Shown one piece after another: positions 19,566 through 29,296 of a DNA stretch of 64,000 nt; the first letter of the stretch is position 1; each line of letters opens with the position of its first letter. Below the pieces are notes generated by a model. It worked only from the letters and a program-made list of their open reading frames with translations. It made no database searches and was not told the DNA's origin. Where the stretch lies: NCBI GenBank assembly GCA_963830365.1, contig CAWHMU010000033.1, forward strand, positions 1 to 64,000, written 5' to 3'. A program made the position numbers and the translations under genes. The DNA is from an uncultured Chlamydiae bacterium (GTDB taxonomy: Bacteria; Chlamydiota; Chlamydiia; Chlamydiales; Parachlamydiaceae).

Positions 19566-20245
19566 TACAAACTCTAGTGCTAGACACTTCAACCGAACGG
19601 GGCATGCTGGCTCTCATTCAGAATGGAAGCGTTCTGTTTCATAGCAAGCTGCCCTTCGGCCTGCAAAATTCCCAGTTTCTTTTGCCCGAACTGCAACGAG
19701 GATTTCTGGAAACTGGACTGGATATGCGCCAGCTGACTTTTATTGGCGTCGGCATAGGCCCCGGCTCATACACCGGTATCCGCGTGGCTGCCACCGTCGC
19801 CAAAACACTGGCCTTTGCCTGCCATCTCCCTTTAATCGGCGTCTGCACACTAGAAACTTTTGTGCCAGAGCAAGATACCGCCTTCGCCGCCATCATCGAT
19901 GCTAAAGTCGGCGGCGTCTACCTGCAAAAAGGCGCATGCACGCGCGGCGTCATCAGCTACCATTCCGCACCCCAGGTGCTGCCGTTGGCAGAAGCTGTGG
20001 ACCTGTTGTGCGATGTGCCTGTGCTCATCACTCCCAATGCCGTGCAGCTAAAGGCAAAGCTTGGCGCAATGGCTCCAGCGGCAACTTGGCAGTGGCAGGA
20101 ATGCTACCCTTCACCGCTGCATCTGGCCGCGTTGGCGCAAGCCAAATTTAAAAGCGGCGCCTATGATAAGGAGGGCGCGCTCGACTTGCTCTATATGCGC
20201 AAAACCCAAGCCGAAATCGAACGCGATCTGCGGCTAAATCGCTGA
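19562..20245 (+). CDS. tsaB: t6A biosynthesis protein TsaB
   Basis: LDTST, GIGPGSYTGIRV, IIDAK, LYMR. Confidence 0.93.
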   Translation: MIQTLVLDTSTERGMLALIQNGSVLFHSKLPFGLQNSQFLLPELQRGFLETGLDMRQLTFIGVGIGPGSYTGIRVAATVAKTLAFACHLPLIGVCTLETFVPEQDTAFAAIIDAKVGGVYLQKGACTRGVISYHSAPQVLPLAEAVDLLCDVPVLITPNAVQLKAKLGAMAPAATWQWQECYPSPLHLAALAQAKFKSGAYDKEGALDLLYMRKTQAEIERDLRLNR

Positions 20246-20271
20246 ATTCCCGCCTTGTTAGCGCGCAGGAT

Positions 20272-20441
20272 CTAAACTGAAATTACGTGCCCGCGCCTGC
20301 GCCTGCGCCTGAATTCCTGAATGCTTAGGCCATACCTTTTTCGTGTCCATACCCGAATGTGCGAATGGTTAAGCCATTGCTCTTTATGACCGAAGCCTGC
20401 TGGAATCCGGGCTCGGGCGCAGGTACGTAATTTTAGTTTGG
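20272..20441. repeat. Intergenic palindromic repeat
   Basis: AAACTGAAATTACGTGCCCGCGCC pairs with GGCGCAGGTACGTAATTTTAGTTT. The right arm recurs at about 60643-60673. Confidence 0.65.
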
Positions 20442-20643
20442 CTCTCGTTCACTAAGAATGCGAGGCACAAACATTATGGAATTCGGGCACGGGCGGCACA
20501 ATTTTCGACTTATGCTTGATTTATAATACGAGGAGCAGGTATGATGTTACCATCGACGCAACGAAGCTGTTGTGAGTGATCCTTGCGTAAGCAAGATGTT
20601 AATTGAAACTATTTTTAACTTGTAAAATCAGGATCTTAGCTAG

Positions 20644-20823
20644 ATGACAATCGTTAAAGTTCGAGTCGGCGATTCGATTGATAAAGTTCTGCGAGCCTTG
20701 AAAAAGCGCTTAGATAAAGAAGGCGTCATGAAGTCTGTAAAAGCCCATCGCTTTTATGTGAAACCTTCGGTTAGGAAGCGCGCTAAATCTAAAGCTGCTC
20801 TGAAATATCGTAGACAGCGTTAA
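20644..20823 (+). CDS. rpsU: 30S ribosomal protein S21
   Basis: Read manually (below ORF cutoff): [59 protein letters not shown]. Confidence 0.97.
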   Translation: MTIVKVRVGDSIDKVLRALKKRLDKEGVMKSVKAHRFYVKPSVRKRAKSKAALKYRRQR

Positions 20824-20825
20824 TT

Positions 20826-20860
20826 AAGAAAACAGGCATTTATTGCCTGTTTTTCTTTAT
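20826..20860 (+). terminator. Intrinsic terminator after rpsU
   Basis: AAGAAAACAGGCA-TTTAT-TGCCTGTTTTTCTT. Confidence 0.8.
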
Positions 20861-21014
20861 TTGCTGCTTTTCATTATCGGTTTTTTTTTGCTGCAATTAA
20901 ATAATTTTGAATTTTTTTCAATATTCTTTTTATCAGAATTGCTTTTAATTCTGATTTTTGATAATTTACTTCTTTTTACGCTAATAAACTATGTAAACAC
21001 TTAATATTTGATGG

Positions 21015-22190
21015 ATGGTTGTGATGGCTGACTACTATGAGATACTGGAAGTTCAACGTACCGCCACTCCTGATGAAATTAAGAAAGCTTACCGCCAAAA
21101 AGCCATAAAATTCCATCCCGATAAAAATCCCGGCGATAAAGCCGCTGAAAACCGTTTTAAAGAGATTTCTGAAGCCTATGAAGTCTTAAGCGACGAAAAA
21201 AAGCGCCAAATCTACGACAGGCACGGCAAGGCAGGCCTCGAAGGTGGCGCTGGTATGCACGGCGGTGGTGGTGCCGGTGGACACGGCTTTGCTTCCATGG
21301 ATGAAGCGCTGCGCACCTTCATGGGCGCTTTCGGTGGCGGCGGTGGTTCCGATTCGATTTTCGATAGTTTCTTTGGCGGCGGCGGCAATGGCGGCGGCGG
21401 GGCTGCGGCACGCCGGCAGGGCGCCAGCAAGCGCGTGAATATTACCGTGAGCTTTGAAGAAGCCGCCAGAGGTGTCGATAAAGAACTTGCCATCACCAAC
21501 TATATCACCTGTAATACCTGCCGCGGCAAAGGCTCGGCTTCTGCCCAAGGCATCAAAAAATGCACCCGTTGCAGCGGTTCCGGTCAGGTTTTCGAGCAGC
21601 GCGGCTTTTTCAGCATGTCGATGGCGTGTCCACAGTGCCATGGCGATGGACAGGTGATCACCGATCCCTGCAAAGAATGCCGCGGCGAAGGTGTCGTCAA
21701 AGAAAAGCAGCATGTCAAAGTGCATATTCCGGCCGGTGTCGATAGCGGTATGCGCTTAAAGATGGGCGGTCATGGCGATGCAGGGCAGGGCGGCGGCCCG
21801 GCAGGGGATCTGTATGTCTTCATCCAGGTGGATGCCCATCCTTTCTTTGAAAGGGAAGGCGATGATGTCATTCTCGATCTGCCCATAAGCTTCACCGAAG
21901 CTGCCCTTGGCTGCAAGAAGGAAGTTCCCTCGCTATTCAACCACACCTGCCGATTGACGATCCCCGAAGGGACCCAAAATGGCAAAATTTTCCGCGTCAA
22001 AGGCGAAGGCATGCCCAATGTGCATGGCCACGGCAAAGGAGATCTGCTGGTCAAGCTGTTTGTCGAGACGCCCACCAAGCTTAGCGAGCGTCAAAAAGAG
22101 CTGCTGCAGGAATTCAGCCTGCTGGAGAGCCCTGCCAATATGCCCAAGCGCAAAGGCTTTCTGGACAAAATCAAAGGCCTTTTCACCTAA
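21015..22190 (+). CDS. dnaJ: Chaperone DnaJ
   Basis: J-domain HPD, G/F region, four CxxCxGxG repeats; alternative ATG at 21024. Confidence 0.98.
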   Translation: MVVMADYYEILEVQRTATPDEIKKAYRQKAIKFHPDKNPGDKAAENRFKEISEAYEVLSDEKKRQIYDRHGKAGLEGGAGMHGGGGAGGHGFASMDEALRTFMGAFGGGGGSDSIFDSFFGGGGNGGGGAAARRQGASKRVNITVSFEEAARGVDKELAITNYITCNTCRGKGSASAQGIKKCTRCSGSGQVFEQRGFFSMSMACPQCHGDGQVITDPCKECRGEGVVKEKQHVKVHIPAGVDSGMRLKMGGHGDAGQGGGPAGDLYVFIQVDAHPFFEREGDDVILDLPISFTEAALGCKKEVPSLFNHTCRLTIPEGTQNGKIFRVKGEGMPNVHGHGKGDLLVKLFVETPTKLSERQKELLQEFSLLESPANMPKRKGFLDKIKGLFT

Positions 22191-22388
22191 TGTAGCGCAG
22201 ACGTTAGTCTGCGCATGTTTTGTTACCCAACCTCATTAATATAAAAAACATTTTACATTTTTCATTGATAAAGATCTAGTTTAAGCCGAAACTTGGTAGC
22301 TCCTTGCGCCATCGTGTTTCCTCTGCGTCTCTGCGTTGAAAAGGATTCAGGGTGTTTTTGACTAAAACCGCGAAATGTCAATTAGCGG

Positions 22389-22416
22389 TTTTTCCTCCAT
22401 CATTAAGGAGGAAAAA
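22389..22416 (-). terminator. Probable terminator downstream of the monooxygenase
   Basis: TTTTTCCTCC-ATCATTAA-GGAGGAAAAA hairpin. Confidence 0.45.
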
Positions 22417-22534
22417 CTACTCGTTCGACCTGCCATAATGTGGAAGTAAACGAATGCTATAGAGGCTTTCTGAATCAAAATATGATTAAATGAAAAGGAT
22501 GATTGGAATGTCGCCCATAGTCTGCCTTTATCCT

Positions 22535-23710
22535 TCACTCATACTCAGGCAAGACAATGGCATTTGATACAACTTTTATCTCGTGCAAAAACCTATGTGA
22601 TCGCTCCTCTGCAATTTCTTGGGAAACGTCATCTGAGACAAGAAACGACTCGCTTACAGTGACTCCAAATTTTTGGGTAGCTTCAACGAATGGCTGTAAT
22701 AGTTCGTTATAGCGCTTAAAAGCGCGAGCATGATCCCCTTGCGCTTTTTTCAATTCTCCTGCAAGAATATAAGCGCCTACCAGTGCTAAATTATTACCTT
22801 GTCCTGAAAGTGGAGAGGCACAGTAGCCTGCATCCCCCAGCAATGCGACCCGACCTTTAGTCCACGATTTCATTTTCACTTGTGTGATTGAGTCAAAATA
22901 AAAATCATCACAGGTAGTCATAAGCTCAAGTATTTTTAGCGTTTCCCAACCAAAATTCTGATAAGTAGAGCGCAAGAATTGCTGCTGTTCAATTTCATCA
23001 CGAATGTTTTTTAAGGTGTGCTGTGAGCGAAACATAAACCCAGCTCTCGCCATCTTTGGATCTTTGTCGCTAGCGATAGATGCCAATTTTTGATTGGTCT
23101 CACACAACACTTCGATGTGACTTAAATTAAGATAATTCGGAATGCTAAACGTACTCAAATAGGAACCGAGATGGACCAATTTATATTCTTCCTTATCAAA
23201 AACCATGCGCCTTGTTGCAGAGTAAATACCATCGGCGCCAATGACTAAGTCATAATGCTCGTTTTTGCCATTATTGAAATGAACTTTTATGCCCTCATCA
23301 TTCTGTTGAATGCCAGCAACCATTTGATTAAAATGACAGGGGATACCTTCAATAGCCTCCATCAGGATTTCGGCTAAATCACCACGCAGAATTTCAACAT
23401 CTTCTCCTTGCCTAAAGCCAAACCTTTCGCCCATTTCTTCATGCAAGATGTTGCCCTCAGCGTCCACATAACGGCCCACCTCGACTCGCGTGCGCATTTC
23501 GCAAACTTGTTTATAAATCCCCATTTTTTTAGCGAGATCGATGGCAACGCCTCGAAGGTCTAACGCCTGCCCCCCTTTTCTTGTAGTAGCAGATTTTTCA
23601 ATCAAAACAGGCGAAAAGCCAAATCTTTTGAGCCAATAACATAGCGCAGGTCCAGCAATACCTGCTCCGATCACGAGAATTTTATTTATAGAACCCATTT
23701 TTGTATCCAT
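22535..23710 (-). CDS. FAD-dependent monooxygenase, tetracycline destructase (Tet(47)-Tet(56) type; Tet(56)-like)
   Basis: GAGIAG, RKGGQALDLRG, FGFRQGEDVEILRGDL, ADGIYS, DFYFDSITQVKM, GDAGYCASPLSGQGNNLA, C-terminal EIAEERS helix. Matches recalled Tet(56) along its length; no alignment computed. Confidence 0.85.
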   Translation of the reverse strand: MDTKMGSINKILVIGAGIAGPALCYWLKRFGFSPVLIEKSATTRKGGQALDLRGVAIDLAKKMGIYKQVCEMRTRVEVGRYVDAEGNILHEEMGERFGFRQGEDVEILRGDLAEILMEAIEGIPCHFNQMVAGIQQNDEGIKVHFNNGKNEHYDLVIGADGIYSATRRMVFDKEEYKLVHLGSYLSTFSIPNYLNLSHIEVLCETNQKLASIASDKDPKMARAGFMFRSQHTLKNIRDEIEQQQFLRSTYQNFGWETLKILELMTTCDDFYFDSITQVKMKSWTKGRVALLGDAGYCASPLSGQGNNLALVGAYILAGELKKAQGDHARAFKRYNELLQPFVEATQKFGVTVSESFLVSDDVSQEIAEERSHRFLHEIKVVSNAIVLPEYE

Positions 23711-23750
23711 TTAATGTAAAAGAAGATCTAAATTCGGTGTATTTGGTAAC

Positions 23751-23920
23751 AATCACTAAGAATGACCCACCTCGCGATCACTTAGAATGACCCACTTGGC
23801 GGTTTCTTTTGAAAATTGAAGTGTCGATCACCGAGAATGACCCACCCTGCAATCACTAAGAATGACCCACTTGGCGGTTGCTCTTGATGTGCTCGGTGTC
23901 GATCACTTAGAATGACCCAC
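23751..23920 (+). repeat. IS21 end repeats (five ~19-bp copies)
   Basis: ATCAC(T/C)NAGAATGACCCAC occurs five times; typical IstA binding sites. Confidence 0.85.
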
Positions 23921-24012
23921 CTCCAAAAACACGCAAAACAACCCTCTATCTTCAAGGGTCCTTCAAACTAACGAAAAATCCTAAATACTACTTAGTTGTC
24001 CAATTTGGTTTG

Positions 24013-24780
24013 TTATTGTTGCGTTTTCTTTACTTTCGCGCAAGTTTTTTTGAACTCGGCCAATCGGTAGCTGTCACCTTCCACAATGACCTGTACCCCT
24101 CTATGAACCAGTCTATCCAAAGCAGCTGTTCCAATCAATGGATTAGCAAAAATGCTAGGCCATTCATCGAAATCTCTGTTACTTGTGATGATCATCGAGT
24201 TCTTTTCATACCTTTCGGCAATTAATTGATATAAATCCTGCTGCTGTGCCTCGTTAATGGCTTGTAAGCCAAAATCATCTAGGATTAACAGGGGCGTTTT
24301 AATTACCTGAGCAAGCCTCTTTTTATGTGTTCCATCACCTCGCCCTGCATATATCCACTCAAAGAGCTGGTATGTACAGTAAAAAAGCACATCATATCCC
24401 CTACGGCATATCTGATGCCCTAACCCTTGTGCTAAATGGCTTTTCCCTACACCGCTAGGGCCGAGGATGAAGATGTTTTGTTTTTTTTCAATGAAGCCTC
24501 CTGCAGATAACTCCCGAATTATCGCGGTAGGGGCCTTTGGATTGAATTCAAAGTTGAAGGTCTCGATGGTCTTATCAGGGTCTAATCGACTCTTAGCCAT
24601 CCTTAAAAGCAGTTGCTTGTTTTCTCTGCGTTCGATCTCATCCGATAGCAGTATCTCAAGAAATGTTGAGTAGGCCCATTTTTCTTTCATAGCCTCTTCC
24701 AACCGTTGTGCTAGCGTTGTTGATATTCCCGTCATTTTCAAACGGCTCAGTTTTTTGGCGATAAGTTCGGTGCAATCCAT
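24013..24780 (-). CDS. istB: IS21 helper ATPase IstB
   Basis: GPSGVGKSHLA, LLILDDFG, ITSNR, LDRLVH, GDSYR. Confidence 0.95.
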   Translation of the reverse strand: MDCTELIAKKLSRLKMTGISTTLAQRLEEAMKEKWAYSTFLEILLSDEIERRENKQLLLRMAKSRLDPDKTIETFNFEFNPKAPTAIIRELSAGGFIEKKQNIFILGPSGVGKSHLAQGLGHQICRRGYDVLFYCTYQLFEWIYAGRGDGTHKKRLAQVIKTPLLILDDFGLQAINEAQQQDLYQLIAERYEKNSMIITSNRDFDEWPSIFANPLIGTAALDRLVHRGVQVIVEGDSYRLAEFKKTCAKVKKTQQ

Positions 24781-24845
24781 TTTTTCTCCTTGGGTTTATG
24801 ACACCTGCTTGGCAGGCTCCACTTTATTGAAAATTATTTTTTCTG

Positions 24846-26520
24846 TTACAGGACAACCTCTCTTGTGATCTGATCTGCCAGTAGAGCTTCATAAGCCCCC
24901 ATCATTGCGTTTCCAGAGGTCGACATAGGATGGAGCCTCACCAGCTTTTCTTCAAACGTCTCTGAACATGAGTAAGTAGTCTTGTAATCAGCGGGATCTC
25001 TGGCAAATCGAAGAGGCTCTATGGAGGATGCTCCTTTTGCAACTGAGTTATCCAAAGCCTCTGTTTGCAATTTCTTTTCCAAAATACTTTTGACGCTGGC
25101 ATATGAGAATAGCTTGCAAGTTAGTGCCCTCTCACAAGCAAGTTCCAGGTCTCTTATGGAGTAATTTTCTTTTAATTTGAGGAGACATCGAACGGGTTTC
25201 AGCTTGTCTACTAACGGATGGTTGAGGATCTCCTTAACCATCTGATGGGTAAATGGACCAATCGCTTCAGATAAATCAATCAATCCTTCCCTTGTGCATT
25301 GCAAAACAGCTTCTTTGAATGGAGGGGCATGCTCAGATTTACGTTTATAGTCCCACTTCTTGGTTGTTCTGCCGTGCAATGCCACTTCTTTGCTTTCGTA
25401 AAAGATTCGCAACAATGAATCTGTCACACATACTTGAACGGTTTTTCCTATCAATTGATATGGAACAGAGTAAAATGCGCCGTCAACCATAATGCGCCAA
25501 TCTCTTCGCACATTGCATTGTCTCCATGAAGTTTGTTCCCAGCGAGTTTTAGGAAGAGGACCTAAGGCAATTTTCTCCTCAGAATTAAAAATCTCTAAAG
25601 GAGTTCGACCTACGCCATAGATAATTCTCTTATCAGCAACCTCTCGACACCAACTTTCAAGAGCATTTTTAAGATCACTAATAGAAGACGTTTCGATTTC
25701 CAGTATTTTTTGGTTAGCAAGAAAATAAGCGAGAAAGTTTCTTTTTACGTACTTGACATCTCCTTCAACCCCACCTTTGTGCTCAGGAGTTCGTGGTGCG
25801 CAGGGGGCTATGACAAAGCCATAATGTTCTGCAAAATCCTGATAGCTGCGGTTAATCATGTCATTATCTGTTGTAGGTCGTATAACAGCGGCCTTTAAAT
25901 TGTCTGGAATACATTTCTTTGGCACCCCATGAAAGTATTCAAAGGCATTGATATGGCCTTTAAGAAAAGTCGATAGCGTTTGATCCAGAACAATCTCTCG
26001 ATGTGCCTGCCTGGAATGTCGAAGGCGAAGAGAAAATAGCCAAACTCTTTTAATGACTCCAGCGTCATCGCGAAAACGTCCAAGTTCACCAAAATCAAGT
26101 TCTAGATCACTACCAGGGGTGGTTGATCGTACCATAATAGGGGTCAATTGGATTGGGGAAATGCTTCGCTCGGTATCGTCTGATTGCCTGCACATCACAG
26201 ATACATTTGTCCTTCAACAACTGATGGATAACAATAGAGGAAAGTCCATCCTTATTCCAGGCTTCTAGCTGCTCTTTATGCTCGTCAAGTAGATGAGATC
26301 GGTCTTTTGTCTTTACATTCCACTTATCTGTGATTTCTTCATCGCTTGGCATAGGAGCCTCTGAGTCTAGCCAATGCTGGATATGAGATAATTCCTGTAC
26401 TGCTCTGATGATTGTCCGATGTATGCCGAGCTCTCGTTGGATCTGTCTTTGAGATTGACCAATCTTAAGGCGCTGAATGATGCTACGAATTTGAGTCATT
26501 GTCTTTACTTTTCCTTTCAT
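24846..26520 (-). pseudogene. istA: IS21 transposase IstA, frameshifted
   Basis: HTH N-terminus (26110-26520) and DDE core (LDFG, DNLKAAV, KGGVE) lie in different frames. An extra base in the C4 run at 26140-26143 breaks IDP-IMVR. Confidence 0.88.
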
Positions 26521-26629
26521 GTGTATGCCTTGCGTTAAGTTGAGGCCTGGAGTTTAGTCGTGGCTTCATCAAAACGCGTTAGTAAAAATCAGTATCGAAG
26601 GAAGTTAAGCCCTTAATTTGAAAATAGTA

Positions 26630-26827
26630 GTGGGTCATTCTAAGTGATCGCGAACGAGTATTGCCGATCACGACCGCCAAGTGGGTCATTCTAAGTGATT
26701 GGAAGGTGGGTCATTCTTAGTGATCGACAGACGACCTCATCAGGCGCTGCCGCCAAGTGGGTCGTTCTAAGTGATCGCGAGGGTGGGTCATTCTAAGTGA
26801 TCGACAAGTGGGTCATTCTTAGTGATT
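26630..26827 (-). repeat. IS21 end repeats (six copies)
   Basis: GTGGGTC(A/G)TTCT(A/T)AGTGAT occurs six times. Confidence 0.85.
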
Positions 26828-26875
26828 GTTACCATTTACCATATCTTTTATTCCACACACCCATCAAATTGCTTC

Positions 26876-28485
26876 TTAACAGAATTGGCGGATCCAAGCA
26901 TCTGCGTTTAATGGTTGGTCAGTAGCAGAATAGACTAATTCATTCCAATCTATACGATTACCTTTGTAAAAAATTTTTTTCTTCAACCATTCCCCGACCT
27001 CGTTAGAATCAAGATTTTGAACTCCAGTCTCCCTAACTAGGCTTTCTTCTATAGCTGAGGCGAACATTTCTCCTAGTAAATAACTAAATGAATAAACAGG
27101 CGCCAAACCAATATGAAATTTCGCAGCCCAATCATTTTTGCCTTCACGTCCTTTAGGTATACTAATTTTTTGATATTTATTCACTAGGTTCCACCAAAGT
27201 TGATTCAAGTCTTGATCCGGTTTGCGATACAACTCTCTTTCAAAAAAAGTTAGAACTAGTACAAAACGACTTAAAATGAGCTGACGACGTTTAAACGACT
27301 CTTCGGCTTTTTTCATCAAAGGTTCTTTTCCTATGGTATTAACAATAAGTTGGCAAAGTGAGTTATAGCGATAGGCCTGACGGTTCAATAATAATGCTAC
27401 AGCTTCGGTAATAATACTGTTTGGTGGTGCACGAAGAAGCCAAGGCAGCTTGTCATCAAAACCTAATTCGTATATGGCATGACCAAGCTCATGTAAAAGA
27501 CCATCAAGCCAATTTAAATAGGGTTTTATATTTGCAAGTATACGAACATCTCTAGCGCGATCAATATTAATACAGAATGCATGTTGATTTTTTCCTGGAC
27601 GTTCAAATAAATCACTCCGCTGAAGAATAGGGTTCACATCAAAACCTATTTTTTTGAAATAACCTTCGCAAGCAGCAATAATGTCTACATCGCTTACCAG
27701 TCCATCAAGAGTACCATCGTCTAAAGGATCATTTTGGCAAAATGGATCACTCCATGCCCAAGGACCTAACTCTTCTTTTTTAACACCAAATCTTTGCACT
27801 CTGTTGTTGTTCGATTTCATTGCATCATTTCGGCGTAGGCACTTTCGGACTGATGGATCAAATTCTCAAAGGTACTAATCAGCCATTCTTCATTGACTTC
27901 CTCAATTTCAATTTTCATCTGAAAGTAATTTGTGTACCCTAAATGTTGAGCTTGCTTGATTGCGTAGAACAACAAGACCCAAAATTTGAGAAGCTAAGTT
28001 ATCTCCTATAAATTTAGAAGCTTCCCAGACTTTTTGACGGCGCAATGGACTTAATTTCATCCTTAAAAATAGCTAGAATATCATTTTCTGATGGTAGCTG
28101 AACTTCAAAATTAGGACGAAAATTAGCATAAGATTGGCTAAGCATTGCCTCTTTTTTAGTAATCTCTTCTATTAATGATTTAGGTACTTGGTTATACTTA
28201 AAAGCACGTATTAACTCATTAAGTTGACGCTTTAAAAGAGGATCCTTTAAAGATTCATCCTGATCCCAAGTTAATAACTGTTGATATATTTTACTATCTT
28301 CGTAAAAGAGCTGTTCTTCCGCCGCCTAATTTAGCCGCTAAAGCGACTGCATCAGGAGAATTTGTTGTCTCAAGCAACCAAACAGCTTCGCAATGCTGGT
28401 GTCTTTTTTCAGCTACTTTTGGAATAAATGATTTTAAAAATACTTCGAAGTAGTGTTCTTTGTTATTCGTAAATTTATTGATCAT
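26876..28485 (-). pseudogene. M2/M3-type zinc metallopeptidase, 5' half fragmented
   Basis: C-terminal ORF has GKNQHAFC, HELGH, TEA, WAAKFHI..APVY. The upstream portion is split (28294-28485, 27681-27878). AT-rich. Confidence 0.8.
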
Positions 28486-28563
28486 ATTAATTTAAACACT
28501 TCATTAAAAAAAACAATTTTAAATGAATCACAAGTTGTTTTTAACTATCGTTATCTATACTGT

Positions 28564-29121
28564 CTATAGTTCTTCTATTGGTTTTAGAATTCGATAAACA
28601 GTGGCTTCGCCTATTCCAAGCTGCTCAGCAACTCGTGCTTTTGTCATACCACTGTTAACAAGACGTCTAACCTCTTGTTGGACTTCTAATGCAATCGGTT
28701 TTCGCCCCTTATACCTGCCTTCAGCCTTTGCTTTGGCAATTCCCTCTCGCTGACGTTCTAGCATGATTTCTCGTTCAAATTGTGCAATACCTCCCAAGAC
28801 CGTCAGCATAAGCTTTCCAGTAGGGGTATTGGTATCCATTCCAAGATTGAGAATACGCAATCCAACTTTCTTGCTTTCCAAATCTTGGATAATCACCATT
28901 AAGTCTGATACTGATCTCGCCAATCTATCAAGTTTGGTAATTACCAAAAAATCACCTTCTCTAACTAACTCAATAGCAGATTGAAGTTGTGACCTAACGT
29001 CAACAGATGAAGCCTTCTCTCGGAAGATTTTTTCACAACCAGCTGCTTGAAGTTCTCTTAGCTGAGCTTCAAAACCTGCAATTTGATCTGCTGTTGAAGT
29101 TCTTGCATAGCCAATAATCAT
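28564..29121 (-). CDS. tnpR: Serine recombinase (resolvase)
   Basis: IGYARTST..Q, KLDRLARS, AQFEREIMLERQREGI, GRK, C-terminal HTH; divergent from tnpA. Confidence 0.93.
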   Translation of the reverse strand: MIIGYARTSTADQIAGFEAQLRELQAAGCEKIFREKASSVDVRSQLQSAIELVREGDFLVITKLDRLARSVSDLMVIIQDLESKKVGLRILNLGMDTNTPTGKLMLTVLGGIAQFEREIMLERQREGIAKAKAEGRYKGRKPIALEVQQEVRRLVNSGMTKARVAEQLGIGEATVYRILKPIEEL

Positions 29122-29127
29122 TTGCAA

Positions 29128-29245
29128 TCACTAAGGTTTAGATGTTATGATCGATCGTCGATCATAATTCATTTTGGACTTTATTGATAGGTCTTTCGAC
29201 GATTATAATCTCTATCTTTAGAGCTTGGCCTATTGGTAGGCCTTG
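29128..29245. promoter_or_regulatory. Probable res site / divergent promoters
   Basis: Lies between tnpR and tnpA; palindromes TTATGATCGA..TCGATCATAA and GGCCTA-TTGG-TAGGCC. Confidence 0.55.
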
Positions 29246-29296
29246 TCCACTAAAAACAGACACCGGCTAACACTTTGTCGAAAAATCAAGCCATTC

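Larger units (their letters stand above)
23745..26833 (-). mobile_element. IS21-family element nested in the Tn3 element
   Basis: Terminal IR GGTAACAATCACTAAGAATGACCCAC at both ends, with ATTT on both sides (23741-23744, 26834-26837). Ends could alternatively be read as TG..CA at 23744/26834. Contains istA and istB. Confidence 0.93.

Noticed and set aside
23751..23920. Direct-repeat array resembling CRISPR (mirrored at 26630-26827)
   Set aside because: Repeats are about 19 bp with irregular short spacers, inverted at the two ends of an istAB element, and there are no cas genes. These are IS21 transposase-binding repeats.
26131..26150. Programmed frameshift in istA
   Set aside because: There is no slippery heptamer, and IS21 istA is normally a single ORF. 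A simple 1-bp insertion explains it.
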